The notes: generated from the letters alone by a model not told the origin. Positions 9,014 through 19,379 are shown, numbered from the stretch's first letter. The stretch is 64,000 nt of DNA from Chloroflexota bacterium (GCA_947446285.1 CANFGH010000003.1:33537-97536), one strand, 5' to 3'. Translations and numbers: made by a program.

Positions 9014-9975
9014 AGTCCACTTGCCTTCCGCGCCTTCTCGAGTTCGTACTTGAAGATCGATCGCACAACCCGGTCTTGGTCGCTGCGCTCAAGCTTCGTG
9101 TACTGGATTCCCACAATGTATGTGCGGTTCTTGCCTTCAACAGATCGCCGACGCATCGAACGCACTTGACCCGTCACGGTGATCGGACCCATGTCCACTG
9201 GCAGGGGGTACGTTGCCGACATCCATGTCGACAGCGGCAGCGGCCGGTGGGTAACAAATGCGATGCCACCACCGCTGTAGTCGCACATCTCAACGTCGTC
9301 GAGCTGGACCCAGATGCCTTCCACGGCGTTCTCATCTAGCTTCGGCTTTTCCGGTTCCTTGACCTCTGCTACCGGCTGCGCCTTGGGCGCAGGTGGCGGC
9401 GTCACCCCCGCACCTGGAGCGGGCGGGCGAGGGCCAAGCGTCAGGAACGCGGAAGCCGCTGGAGTTGGCGCGGGAGCCACCACGTGAGCAGGCACGTGGG
9501 CCGGCTTGTCATGATGGCCATCATCGGGATCCGTCTCGTCAAAATCGACATCATGAGCGTTCACGGTTGCGGGAGAGCCAACTTGGATACCGGCCGCAAC
9601 AGGATTGCCACGCCCCTTCCAGTACCAGGCGCTCGTCACTTCGATCCGGATGGGAAGACGATGGAACGCACGGCGCTGTTCGGTCTCGACCCCAAGAACC
9701 TTGATGAGGATCATGACCAGATCGTCGTCAGTCTCGGTCTTGACGAACTCACCCTGGATGGTGACCTTGACACCTTCGGTCTGCACCATCATCACCACCG
9801 GCTCAGACCGTGTGAAGGCAACTGGCTTCCCACCCTGCGTCGGTTGCCCGACCGAGATCACCTCGTCGACAGTAATGTCCTCGATCCGCACCCGAAAGGT
9901 TGCGCTGTTTGACCCACGGCGTGTCGACAATGTCGCGATACCGCCCGGGCGAACATTCTGCGGCAACTTGGCCAT
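9010..9975 (-). CDS. PilZ-domain flagellar brake protein (YcgR/DgrA-like) with Pro-rich insertion
   Basis: Has an RxxxR motif (QRRAFHRLPIRI) and a D-x-S-x-x-G motif (DYSGGGIAF). It sits between flhG and fliA, as in Clostridia. Confidence 0.65.
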   Translation of the reverse strand: MAKLPQNVRPGGIATLSTRRGSNSATFRVRIEDITVDEVISVGQPTQGGKPVAFTRSEPVVMMVQTEGVKVTIQGEFVKTETDDDLVMILIKVLGVETEQRRAFHRLPIRIEVTSAWYWKGRGNPVAAGIQVGSPATVNAHDVDFDETDPDDGHHDKPAHVPAHVVAPAPTPAASAFLTLGPRPPAPGAGVTPPPAPKAQPVAEVKEPEKPKLDENAVEGIWVQLDDVEMCDYSGGGIAFVTHRPLPLSTWMSATYPLPVDMGPITVTGQVRSMRRRSVEGKNRTYIVGIQYTKLERSDQDRVVRSIFKYELEKARKASGL

Positions 9976-9978
9976 TTC

Positions 9979-11175
9979 TTACTCCCTGCCTCGTCCAAAT
10001 CCGAATAAGCGCTGTACAAACCCGCCGACCCCGCCACGTGCAGGTCCGGGCGGTGATGTTGAACGTCCTGCACCATTCGTTGCGATGGCCCGGAGTTCGT
10101 CTTCGGTCGGCACACTCCGCGCCGTCACCGCGGAGCGCTCTGCCTGATTGGCGCCACGTTCAGTGGGAAGGCGGCCTCCGGCAGCACCAGTGCCGGTCGC
10201 TTGACGCCCACGATCGGCAGGGGCCACCGCTGCAGTGGCCAGTTCATTGGGATCGACATCGTTGAGGATCCGTAAGGCAAGGCGTTCGATCGCTTGGGAT
10301 GCCGGTGAGCGGGGTGTCAACAGCGTGAACGGTCCTTGCGTGCGCACTGCCCTGAGTACAGCCGGGTCAGCCGGAATGCCCCCGACAGGTTCCACCGTCA
10401 CGTTCAGGAATTTCCTCGCGACTGTCACGATGTTCGTTGAGGTCTCACGTGCCTCTGAGTCATTTGTCGCCTGGTTCACGACCAACCGGATACGAACCGG
10501 CACGCCATTCGCGCCACCCGAATACCGGTTCGCAACAACCTTGATCAATGCGTAGGCATCGGTAATCGCCGGTGGTTCCGGGGTCGTCACAACAAGGACG
10601 TCACCCGCCGCAACGATGAACTGAAGGACATTCGCTGAGATTCCTGCGCCCGTATCGAGGATCACGAAATCCGCAATCCCGTCAATGCCATCCAAGCGAC
10701 CAAGAAGGTCATCACGCTGGGCGTCGTTCAGGTCCGCAAGCTCCGTCAGTCCTGACGCACCTGGGATGATCTTGATCCCGGCGGGCCCGTCAATCAGGAC
10801 TTCGTCAAGACGCCTCTGACGCGCCAGGACGTGCTGGAGGGTGTACTTCGGATGCAGGCCCAGAAGTGCATCCACGTTCGCAAGACCAAGGTCGCAATCC
10901 AGCACGCACACCTTGTAGCCCAGCTGGGAAATCGAAACTGCAAGATTCACCGCGACGTTCGTCTTGCCAACGCCACCCTTGCCACTCGCGATCGCGAGGA
11001 CGCGCGTCGCCATCCCGAGCCGCTTGGTCGTATCGCCACTCCGACGGCGCGCGGCCATCACCCGGAGCGCCTGCGCCTGGTCCTGGCTTGACGACGAAGC
11101 CCGGTTTGCTTCGCCGGGAAGTATGCGTGCACTCCCGCGACTGTCCGGCATCACCGGTACCCGAGCACCTGTCAT
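9979..11175 (-). CDS. flhG: Flagellar number regulator FlhG (MinD-family ATPase)
   Basis: Deviant Walker A (ASGKGGVGKT). An N-terminal DQAxxLR-type FlhF-activating motif (QDQAQALRVMA). A C-terminal amphipathic tail (GGFVQRLFGFGRG). ATGA overlap with the flhF stop. Confidence 0.85.
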   Translation of the reverse strand: MTGARVPVMPDSRGSARILPGEANRASSSSQDQAQALRVMAARRRSGDTTKRLGMATRVLAIASGKGGVGKTNVAVNLAVSISQLGYKVCVLDCDLGLANVDALLGLHPKYTLQHVLARQRRLDEVLIDGPAGIKIIPGASGLTELADLNDAQRDDLLGRLDGIDGIADFVILDTGAGISANVLQFIVAAGDVLVVTTPEPPAITDAYALIKVVANRYSGGANGVPVRIRLVVNQATNDSEARETSTNIVTVARKFLNVTVEPVGGIPADPAVLRAVRTQGPFTLLTPRSPASQAIERLALRILNDVDPNELATAAVAPADRGRQATGTGAAGGRLPTERGANQAERSAVTARSVPTEDELRAIATNGAGRSTSPPGPARGGVGGFVQRLFGFGRGRE

Positions 11176-13040
11176 CGTCCGTCTCCGATGCCGACCAATT
11201 CGCGCCCAGCTTCGGACGCTGCCGATCGACGACCAGGCGGCGGCTCAAGCGCCTGGACAATCATCTGACCAGTCAACAGGTCCGAGAGCCGATCGAGCGT
11301 CGCCTCTTCCAAGTCGTTCGGCACATTCTGGCCAGATGTCACGTAATAGACCGGCATTGCCTTCGTCGCACTCCGCACCACCAAACTCATCACCGGCCCG
11401 AATACTGTCGTCTCGTCGAGCTTTGTCAGCACCAGACCGGAAAGGGGCATGGCGCCAAATCCCGACTGGATGTCGATAAGGTCACGCAGCTTCACCGTCG
11501 CCGCCACCGTCAGCAGGATCGTCGCACCCGGGACCGCATCGACAAACGCACTCAACTCACGGATCTGCGCGTCGTTTCGTTGGGCACATCCAGGACTGTC
11601 GATAAGGATGTACTCGGCGTCTGACTGCCTTTCGACAGCGACACGCAACTCTTCTGGTGTGTACGCCACCTCGAGCGGTACCTGGATCAAGTCCGCGTAG
11701 GTTCCAAGCTGAGTCGCCGCCGCAATCCTGAAGGTGTCGGTCGTGACAAGAGCGACGCGTCGGTCTTCGGCAATCGCCAAGTGCGCCGCCAACTTGGCAA
11801 GCGTGGTGGTCTTGCCAACACCGGTCGGTCCAACAAGAACGATGATCACTGGCCGATCCGTCGGTTCGGGTATCCGACTCACCGCCATGCGGTCATTCAA
11901 GAGATCGCTGACCCTGCCTGTAACCGAGAACAGGTCGGTAGGGTGCCCCTCGTTGATATCGTCCGAAACCTGCCCGACTACTTCGAGCGCCAGTGTCGGA
12001 TCAAGTTCCTGCGCCATCATGTGCTGATAGATTGTCCGCACAACCGGCAGGTCGCGGGGCCACAACTGGGTTTGCTGTTGGCGCATCAGTCGGTCGACCG
12101 AAGCCCGCAAGTCCGACAACGTGTGCTGCATGTCGCTCAGCGCCGTAGGTGGCGCTGACGGCAGTGACCCAATCGCGTCGACCGGTGTGGTGACCTTCCC
12201 GTTCAGGTCCTGAACAACTACCGGCTCAACCGGCACTGGAACCTCAGCAACAGCACCCGATGGTGTAGCGCCGCCAAGGACGCCACCGGAGCGAGGCGTG
12301 TCCCCATCGCCTGCGGACGCAAGGATCGGTGACGAAACCTGAACCTCGACCGGATCCGGGGAAACTGGCCGAGCCGGCATCTCAGGGACGGCTGGCAATG
12401 GTTCCGGTCCAGTCTCCGATGCCAATGGAACTTCAGGGACGGTCGCTTCGGGACTTGCAGCTGACTGCCGACCTGGCGAAGCGGTGGAACCGATCACGCC
12501 ACCGCGGGCTGCGCCCCCTGGACGTGTTTCCGAGTCAGTCGACGGTGCAGATCGTTCGGAGCGAGGCATCGCGCCACCGGTCGACGGCCCAGTTCCATCG
12601 CCGTTTGCCACAAGGTCGGCAAGCCTCGACGTAAGTTCCGGCGTCAGAGCACCGCCAGTACGGGGCATCTGTTCGAGAATCGCAGCCAAGCGACCCGCTC
12701 CATCCATCGGCGCGGACTGAGGTGCGGTATTCGAAGCGGATGCAACACGCCGCCCAGCTGCGGAAATGGTCGCCTCCACATCACCGGCGCGGCTGGCAAC
12801 CTGCGTGGGCCCGGCCGGCTTCGCCGCCAGTCCACCCGGCGTCGTGGCCGGTGGTCGTGCAGCAGCCGGTCGTTCTTCAACCGCAGCAAGAATCTCGACC
12901 TCGACGCGCCCGAACATGCCAAATACGCCACCTGTCCGGACGCGGTGCTCGTGCACGATCACCGCGTCTGACCCGAGGTCAGCGCGTATCTGCTTCAGGG
13001 CCGTCGCGCGATCCTCCGCGCGATATCGCTTTACCTTCAT
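11172..13040 (-). CDS. flhF: Flagellar SRP-type GTPase FlhF with ~400-aa low-complexity N-terminal/linker extension
   Basis: N-terminal B-domain (MKVKRYRAEDRATALKQIRADLGSDAVIV). NG domain with GPTGVGKTTT, DTFRIAA, LTKLDET. 622 aa in total. Confidence 0.85.
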   Translation of the reverse strand: MKVKRYRAEDRATALKQIRADLGSDAVIVHEHRVRTGGVFGMFGRVEVEILAAVEERPAAARPPATTPGGLAAKPAGPTQVASRAGDVEATISAAGRRVASASNTAPQSAPMDGAGRLAAILEQMPRTGGALTPELTSRLADLVANGDGTGPSTGGAMPRSERSAPSTDSETRPGGAARGGVIGSTASPGRQSAASPEATVPEVPLASETGPEPLPAVPEMPARPVSPDPVEVQVSSPILASAGDGDTPRSGGVLGGATPSGAVAEVPVPVEPVVVQDLNGKVTTPVDAIGSLPSAPPTALSDMQHTLSDLRASVDRLMRQQQTQLWPRDLPVVRTIYQHMMAQELDPTLALEVVGQVSDDINEGHPTDLFSVTGRVSDLLNDRMAVSRIPEPTDRPVIIVLVGPTGVGKTTTLAKLAAHLAIAEDRRVALVTTDTFRIAAATQLGTYADLIQVPLEVAYTPEELRVAVERQSDAEYILIDSPGCAQRNDAQIRELSAFVDAVPGATILLTVAATVKLRDLIDIQSGFGAMPLSGLVLTKLDETTVFGPVMSLVVRSATKAMPVYYVTSGQNVPNDLEEATLDRLSDLLTGQMIVQALEPPPGRRSAASEAGRELVGIGDGR

Positions 13041-13112
13041 GATTGCTCTTCGTGACGACGTGGTTCATCAACGTCCCAGGACGACCGCGCTACCGGGCGC
13101 GATCAATCCAGG

Positions 13113-15239
13113 TCAGTCGACGATGACCATTCCTTCTGCCTGAACGTCGACACCCGTCGCGATTTCACTGAACGAAAGGACCACAAGATTCGGGAGGACA
13201 CGCTCGGTCAACCGGCGAACCGCAAGTCGAAGGCGCGCTGAGCAAAGGAGCACCGGCGCATGACCAAGGCCAGCCACGCGCTCCATCTCACCCGCCAGAC
13301 GCTGCAGCAACTGCTGCGCCCTGACCGGCTCCATCGCGATCATCGTGCCCTGATCTGTCTGCTTCAACGCCTCCGTCAACTGTTGCTCAACGCGGGGGCT
13401 CAAGGTGATCACATGGACCAACCCATCTGCCCCCCGGTATTGGGCAGAGATTGCCCGCGCCAGACGCTGGCGCACGTACTCGGTCAGGGCCTCGGTATCA
13501 CGGGTCTGACGGGCGTAATCAGCCAGCGTCTCCACGATGGTGACCAAGTCGCGGATCGTGATGCGCTCGCGAAGCAGGTTCTGAAGCACCTTCTGGGTCT
13601 CGCCGATCGACAACACCCCGGGGATCAGCTCATCAACAACCGCAGGATGCTCCGCCTTGAGGTTCGTGATGAGCGTCTGAACATCCTGCCGTGACAGGAT
13701 GTTCGCGGCATTGCCCTTGATGACCTCCGTGAGATGAGTCGTCAGGACACTCGGCGGATCGACGACCGTGTAGCCAAGCAATTCCGCTCGGTCCTTAAGC
13801 GAAGCCTGGATCCACAGTGCCGGCAATCCGAATGCCGGTTCGGTAGTCGGGATGCCCTCGATCTGCTCGTCGGCAAGGCCGGCGTTCATCGCGAGGTACT
13901 GGTTGATCAGAAGGTCGCCACGCGCCACCTCAACCCCGCGCAACTTCACCACATACTGGTTTGGCTGCAACTGCAGGTTGTCACGCACCCGGACCGTCGG
14001 AAGCACAATCCCCAGGTCAAGCGCCATCTGCCGACGGATGCGGGTGATGCGGTCAAGCAGGTTTCCCGCTTCCTGCGGATCAACCAACGGGATCAACCCG
14101 TACCCGATTTCGAGTTCCATTGGATCGAGCGCGAGAAGCGGAGTTACCGCCTCGGGTCCGGTCGGCGCTGGTTCGCCGGTTGCTGTCGTCTCGACCACCG
14201 TGGCACCACCTGAGATTGCGGTCCGTTCGCCTGAAGCCTCAAACTGCCAAGCCAGATACGCGCCACCACCGGTCAGGCACGCAATGATGAAGAAGGGCAA
14301 CTTCGGGATGCCGGGCACAAATGCCAGGACGATCAAGGCTCCGGTCACGATCCCGAGGACCCGGGGATTGGACGTGATCTGCCGGATGGTGTCTGACCCA
14401 AGGTCACCGCTTGTTGCCGCCCGGGTAACCACGATACCCGTGGCTGTCGAGATCATCAGCGCAGGAATCTGGCTGACGAGCCCGTCACCTACCGTCAGGA
14501 GGGCATACGTCTGGAGGGCACCCATCAGGGTCATGCCTTGCTGGAAGACCCCAATGACGAACCCCGCAAGGATATTGACAAGGATGATGATGATGCCCGC
14601 GATGGCATCGCCTCGAACGAACTTCGAGGCACCATCCATGGCACCGTAGAAGTCAGCTTCCTGCTCGATCTTCTGCCTGCGACGCTTCGCCTCCGCCTCG
14701 GTAATCAAGCCGGCATTCAGGTCAGCGTCGATGCTCATCTGCTTGCCGGGCATCGCGTCAAGGGTGAACCTCGCAGCGACTTCAGCAACACGTCCCGCAC
14801 CGTTCGTGATGACCACGAACTGGATGACAACGAGAATGATGAATACCACGATACCGACAACGTAGCTGCCCCCGATCACGACCGACCCGAAGGCCTCGAT
14901 CACGTGCCCGGCAAATGCATTCAGGAGGATTAGTCGGCTCGCGGAAATGTTCAGCGCCAAGCGGAACAACGTCGTGATCAGCAGCAACGTGGGCAAGACC
15001 GAGAATGCAAGCGGCTCGGTCGTGTACATCGATACGAGAAGGATCAGGAGAGCGATCGACAGGTTGACGATTAACAGAAGATCCAGCAACACCGTCGGCA
15101 GCGGCACGATCATGATCGCGATGACCGCAACGACTGCGACCGGCAAGAGCACGTCACGCTGTTGGAGCAGGCGCTGCCAACCAGAAGCCTGGGTGGCACC
15201 TCCATTACCGTTTGTCAGCGTCGTTGTTGCGGTGGCCAT
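13113..15239 (-). CDS. flhA: Flagellar type III export apparatus protein FlhA
   Basis: 708 aa with 8 predicted TM helices. Contains the FlhA FHIPEP motif region (TLDAMPGKQMSIDADLNAGLI...). Cytoplasmic C-terminal domain. Confidence 0.9.
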   Translation of the reverse strand: MATATTTLTNGNGGATQASGWQRLLQQRDVLLPVAVVAVIAIMIVPLPTVLLDLLLIVNLSIALLILLVSMYTTEPLAFSVLPTLLLITTLFRLALNISASRLILLNAFAGHVIEAFGSVVIGGSYVVGIVVFIILVVIQFVVITNGAGRVAEVAARFTLDAMPGKQMSIDADLNAGLITEAEAKRRRQKIEQEADFYGAMDGASKFVRGDAIAGIIIILVNILAGFVIGVFQQGMTLMGALQTYALLTVGDGLVSQIPALMISTATGIVVTRAATSGDLGSDTIRQITSNPRVLGIVTGALIVLAFVPGIPKLPFFIIACLTGGGAYLAWQFEASGERTAISGGATVVETTATGEPAPTGPEAVTPLLALDPMELEIGYGLIPLVDPQEAGNLLDRITRIRRQMALDLGIVLPTVRVRDNLQLQPNQYVVKLRGVEVARGDLLINQYLAMNAGLADEQIEGIPTTEPAFGLPALWIQASLKDRAELLGYTVVDPPSVLTTHLTEVIKGNAANILSRQDVQTLITNLKAEHPAVVDELIPGVLSIGETQKVLQNLLRERITIRDLVTIVETLADYARQTRDTEALTEYVRQRLARAISAQYRGADGLVHVITLSPRVEQQLTEALKQTDQGTMIAMEPVRAQQLLQRLAGEMERVAGLGHAPVLLCSARLRLAVRRLTERVLPNLVVLSFSEIATGVDVQAEGMVIVD

Positions 15240-15273
15240 CTCTGTCGACGTCCTCTAATGCTTGCGGATGCGG

Positions 15274-16437
15274 CTAGCCAATGGCGTTCGATGAGCCCGG
15301 TTGGAGTGCGCCTGGCAGGTCAACCCACGGACCAGACGTTGCTGAAGGCGCCGGCCGTGCTGCCGGTGGATTGCTGAAACCGGCCGGTGCACGACCCGGA
15401 TACATCCGGTACACCCACGCAAGCACTTCGGCAACAGCCTTGTACATTTCCTGTGGAACGGCCTGTCCCACCTCACACGCCTTGAACAGGGCTTGCGCCA
15501 AAGGACGGTTCTCAACCATCGGCACGTGATGTTCGCGAGCAACCTTCTTGATCTGCTGGGCAACCAGGCGCTCACCTTTGGCGAGCACCATCGGTGCCTC
15601 CATGCCGTTCCCGTACTTCAGCGCAATCGCAAAGTGGGTCGGGTTTGTCACCACCACATCCGCCTTGGGAACTGCCTTCATCATCCGCTGCCGTGACAAG
15701 GCGCGTGCGCGCTGACGGAGCCGTGCCCGGATCTGCGGATCGCCTTCGGACTGCTTGTATTCCTCTTTGATGTCTTCCTTGGACATCTTGAGGCTCTTGT
15801 CAAAGACCCAACGCTGATAGAAGTAGTCCGCGAACGCCATCACGGCGAACACGCCTACGACACGCCAGACCACCTGGTAGACCGCTGCACCAATCATGAC
15901 CGCTGCGTCCCGAGGTGACACATTCGAGAGCATCGGTAGCGTGTCAACCTGTCCTTGAAGAGCCGACCACGCAACGGAGCCGACCAGCGCTACCTTCAGG
16001 ATGGACTTCACCAAGTCAACTAGAGAATTGGAGGAGAACAGCCTCTGGAACCCCGCAAGCGGGTTCATCCGCGAGAACTGCGGTTGGAGTGGCTTCAGTG
16101 TGAACAACGGCCCAACCTGGACAAGGCAACTCAGCACCGCAACTGCCACCAATCCAAGGCAGAACGGCGCCATCGCCTTCATCACCGTCAGAGCCAATCC
16201 CATGGCACTCATGTGGACACTGGCGACGGTGTAATCGGGATGGGTGATGTGCGTGAACGTGTATCGGGTCATGTCAATCAGCATGACGCTGATCGACTCG
16301 AAGTTCGACTGCAACATCCATGCGCCAGCGAGCAGCACGACCGCTGTGTTCACCTCAACGCTCTTGAGGACCTGTCCACGATCACGGGCCTCTGAACGCC
16401 TCCGGGGCGTCGCCTGTTCTGTGCGTTCACCAGGCAT
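15274..16437 (-). CDS. flhB: Flagellar export apparatus switch protein FlhB
   Basis: N-terminal GERTEQATPRRRSEARDRGQVLKS. NPTH autocleavage site (VVTNPTHFAIAL). Four TM helices. Start at the internal M (MPGE...). Confidence 0.9.
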   Translation of the reverse strand: MPGERTEQATPRRRSEARDRGQVLKSVEVNTAVVLLAGAWMLQSNFESISVMLIDMTRYTFTHITHPDYTVASVHMSAMGLALTVMKAMAPFCLGLVAVAVLSCLVQVGPLFTLKPLQPQFSRMNPLAGFQRLFSSNSLVDLVKSILKVALVGSVAWSALQGQVDTLPMLSNVSPRDAAVMIGAAVYQVVWRVVGVFAVMAFADYFYQRWVFDKSLKMSKEDIKEEYKQSEGDPQIRARLRQRARALSRQRMMKAVPKADVVVTNPTHFAIALKYGNGMEAPMVLAKGERLVAQQIKKVAREHHVPMVENRPLAQALFKACEVGQAVPQEMYKAVAEVLAWVYRMYPGRAPAGFSNPPAARPAPSATSGPWVDLPGALQPGSSNAIG

Positions 16438-16512
16438 GGAAAACCTCCGCAGCACCCGACCGCAACCATGCGATCACTGCCAGATCGCACCGCTGAACTC
16501 GCATCAAGGAAC

Positions 16513-17298
16513 TCATCGCGCACCAAGCCCGGCAGCGAAGGGGGTTAGGGTTGAAATCAACTCACCAAAGGCCCGGGCCATGATGTAGGCAACCGTTGGC
16601 ACTGTCACCACCAACATGAGGAACCCGACGGCAATCTTTGCCGGCATCCCTACAACGAACACGTTCAACTGCGGAACGCTCCGGGCCACCATTGCCAGTG
16701 CCACATCAGTAAGCAGCAAGGCAGTGAGAACCGGAAGCGCGATCCGGGTAGCCGTCAGGAAAATCTGCCGGCCCATTCCAAGCACCAATTCCACTGGGGG
16801 CAGGTACGAACCAACGCGATCAATGGGCGCAAGCTGGAAAGTCCGCTCAACCCCTAGCAGGACCATGTGATGTCCATCAATGGTCAGAAACACCAGGGTC
16901 GCGACAAGCGTGTAGAACTGGTCGATAAGGCTGGCGTTGGTCGAAGTCAATGGATTGATGATGTTGGCAAGTGAGAACCCCATCTGGAGGCCAATCACAT
17001 GCCCGGCACCCTCGAGCGAGGTGAAGATCAGCAAGACAACAAACCCGACCAGCGCGCCAATCATGATCTCCCGCGCGGCCCGGCCAAGAAATCCGCTTAC
17101 ATCCTGCGGAATGACCACTCCGGCCGGTGCAACCACCGGCAACATCACCAAAGCCACCGTCAGCCCAAAAAACACGCGTAGTTGGGGAGATGTGCCTCTG
17201 GACCCAAACACTGGAGCCACAATCATCATCGTTCCGACGCGGCAGAACACCAGGAAGAAGGCCTCCCACATCGCTGGTGTCTGCGAAAGCAAATCCAC
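16513..17298 (-). CDS. fliR: Flagellar export apparatus protein FliR
   Basis: 261-aa polytopic membrane protein, located between fliQ and flhB. Confidence 0.85.
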   Translation of the reverse strand: MDLLSQTPAMWEAFFLVFCRVGTMMIVAPVFGSRGTSPQLRVFFGLTVALVMLPVVAPAGVVIPQDVSGFLGRAAREIMIGALVGFVVLLIFTSLEGAGHVIGLQMGFSLANIINPLTSTNASLIDQFYTLVATLVFLTIDGHHMVLLGVERTFQLAPIDRVGSYLPPVELVLGMGRQIFLTATRIALPVLTALLLTDVALAMVARSVPQLNVFVVGMPAKIAVGFLMLVVTVPTVAYIMARAFGELISTLTPFAAGLGAR

Positions 17299-17319
17299 GT
17301 CAGTCGTCTCGTCGTCGTC

Positions 17320-17589
17320 CTACCGAGCGAATGTCGGCAGCGAAATGAACAGGTTTGCGATGTATGTGATCAGACTGTTGAGCATCCACGGCCCGAAGAT
17401 TGCGCCGGCTACGAACACCGCGAGGATCTTCGGGACAAACGTCAATGTCATCTCATTGATCTGGGTAACCGCTTGAAAGATTGAGATCACCAATCCAGTC
17501 ACAAGACTGAAAAGAAGAAAGGGAAGCGAGACCTCAAGCGCGATCATCATCGCGTTCCGCGCCAGATCGAAGACCATTCCCTCAGTCAT
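17320..17589 (-). CDS. fliQ: Flagellar export apparatus protein FliQ
   Basis: 89 aa, two TM helices, between fliP and fliR. Confidence 0.85.
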   Translation of the reverse strand: MTEGMVFDLARNAMMIALEVSLPFLLFSLVTGLVISIFQAVTQINEMTLTFVPKILAVFVAGAIFGPWMLNSLITYIANLFISLPTFAR

Positions 17590-17752
17590 TGCATCCCATC
17601 AAAGCAAAAGCAGACGTTACTCTGCCCCGCCTGTTGAGGATACGCCGGTAGGTCTGTCCGAGGGATCAGCCACGTGGCTGATTTTTCCGGTAACTCGACC
17701 GAAGATCGAGGGCGGGCAGCCGCCCGTTCCGTGTCCGCGCATGTGCAGCGCG

Positions 17753-18634
17753 TCAGTTGAAACTCAGAACCAGAGCCCGCATGAGCAGGTACCAGCCATC
17801 AACCATCACGAACAGCAGGATCTTGAAGGGCAGCGAAATCAGTACCGGCGGCAGCATCATCATGCCCATCGACATCAGGACCGTCGACACCACTAGGTCA
17901 ATCACTAGGAATGGGATGAAGATCACGAACCCCATCTGGAAAGCCGTCTTCAATTCACTGATGATGAATGATGGGATGACCACATAGGTTGGTACATCCT
18001 CGATTGACTTCGGCTGATCCAATCTCGCAAGGTAGACAAAGAGCGCGAGGTCTTTCTCGCGCACCTGACGCAGCATGAAAGCCCGCAGCGGGGCCTCGGT
18101 CTTGGCAAACGCCTCAGACTGGGTGACTTTCCCATCCACAAAGGGTGAGTACGCCTCACGCTCAACCTGCTGCACCACCGGCGCCATGACAAAGAACGTG
18201 AGGAAAAGTGCAAGGCCAATAAGCACCTGGTTCGGCGGCAACTGAGGCACACCGATCGCATTTCTAATGAGAGACAGAACAATGATGATGCGCGTGAATG
18301 CCGTGACCATGATCAGGATTGCCGGTGCCAGAGACAGGACGGTCAACAGAACAATGATCTGGATTGACTGCACGGTGTCCTGCGGACCCTGAGCCTGATC
18401 GACCCCGAGTGTCACCTTCGGAATCGATTGCCCGCCAACGGAATCCGCTGCCCCACATCCTGAGAGTGCGAACAGCATTGAAATTGCAAGGAAAAGGGGC
18501 AGGTAGGGGATGCCAACGCTTCGACGTGACGACGAAACTGCCGGGCAATCACGGTCGGTAAGCGTCGGGGCGAACGCCCGACCCAAAATACCCGGATCCC
18601 ACGCGTTCATCATTTGCCTTTCACTCGTCGCCAC
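17753..18634 (-). CDS. fliP: Flagellar export apparatus protein FliP
   Basis: Signal-peptide-like N-terminus. Contains the conserved FliP run (QSIQIIVLLTVLSLAPAILIMVTAFTRIIIVLSL...FLIPFLVIDLVVSTVLMSMGMMMLPP). Confidence 0.9.
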   Translation of the reverse strand: MATSERQMMNAWDPGILGRAFAPTLTDRDCPAVSSSRRSVGIPYLPLFLAISMLFALSGCGAADSVGGQSIPKVTLGVDQAQGPQDTVQSIQIIVLLTVLSLAPAILIMVTAFTRIIIVLSLIRNAIGVPQLPPNQVLIGLALFLTFFVMAPVVQQVEREAYSPFVDGKVTQSEAFAKTEAPLRAFMLRQVREKDLALFVYLARLDQPKSIEDVPTYVVIPSFIISELKTAFQMGFVIFIPFLVIDLVVSTVLMSMGMMMLPPVLISLPFKILLFVMVDGWYLLMRALVLSFN

Positions 18635-19379
18635 GGAGGCGTCGCTTGCTTTCGTGAAGCCGACGAAGGACAGCTGCCATCACAGCGGCATCGGCGCCCT
18701 GATCACCAACGGGTTCCGCCGGACCCGAACTTGCGACATCTGCCTCCCCATCACCGTGTCCGGTCATCCGTGTCATCGCGCCCGGCCCTCTTGGCGTACC
18801 TGCACCCGGAAGTGCCTCGATCTCATCCAGTTCGAACTCGGATACCAGCGTCACGCTTCCATCGCTAGCTCCGATAAGAAGCAGCCTCTCACCAACTTCC
18901 ACCAAGTGTAGTGAAGCCGAACCCTTCGACCCAACCGACGGAAGCTTGACCGTCTCCCGAACCCTTATCGACACGCCCCTGCCGGTAGTGACTCCACCCA
19001 ACCCCATTGAGCGCAGCGCCTGCGCTCCAACCACGATCAGTACGAGCACCACTGCCACACTGATGATGGCCCGTAGTGCGCCATACCACGTGACCGTCGG
19101 ATCCGTTCGCTCAGGCTCCTGGTAGGGCGCAAGGAATCCTGCTGACGCCGTTCCAGACGGCGCTGCTGCGGACCCACCTGCGGCATCTCGAGGGAGAACC
19201 GGCCTATCTCCCGGGGCTATAGCCGCAGTAGCCCTCGGGGATACCTGAGTCGATCTCGAAACTGCGCTATCGTCCGGGATACTGACCCAGACAAGACCGA
19301 GGAGGAGAACCGCAAGCAGTGCTCCCAGCCGAACAAGAAGCGACTGTCGCGCAAACCAATCCCTGACTGGATCAAGCAT
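18621..19379 (-). CDS. fliO: FliO/FliZ-like flagellar export protein
   Basis: Single N-terminal TM helix. A conserved FliO-type segment (SLHLVEVGERLLLIGASDGSVTLVSEF). Position between fliN and fliP. Confidence 0.6.
   Translation of the reverse strand: MLDPVRDWFARQSLLVRLGALLAVLLLGLVWVSIPDDSAVSRSTQVSPRATAAIAPGDRPVLPRDAAGGSAAAPSGTASAGFLAPYQEPERTDPTVTWYGALRAIISVAVVLVLIVVGAQALRSMGLGGVTTGRGVSIRVRETVKLPSVGSKGSASLHLVEVGERLLLIGASDGSVTLVSEFELDEIEALPGAGTPRGPGAMTRMTGHGDGEADVASSGPAEPVGDQGADAAVMAAVLRRLHESKRRLRGDE

Noticed and set aside
10866-11624. 252-aa plus-strand ORF spanning the flhG/flhF junction
   Set aside because: Arg/Ser/His-rich antisense frame. The minus strand encodes clear MinD-family and SRP-GTPase motifs.
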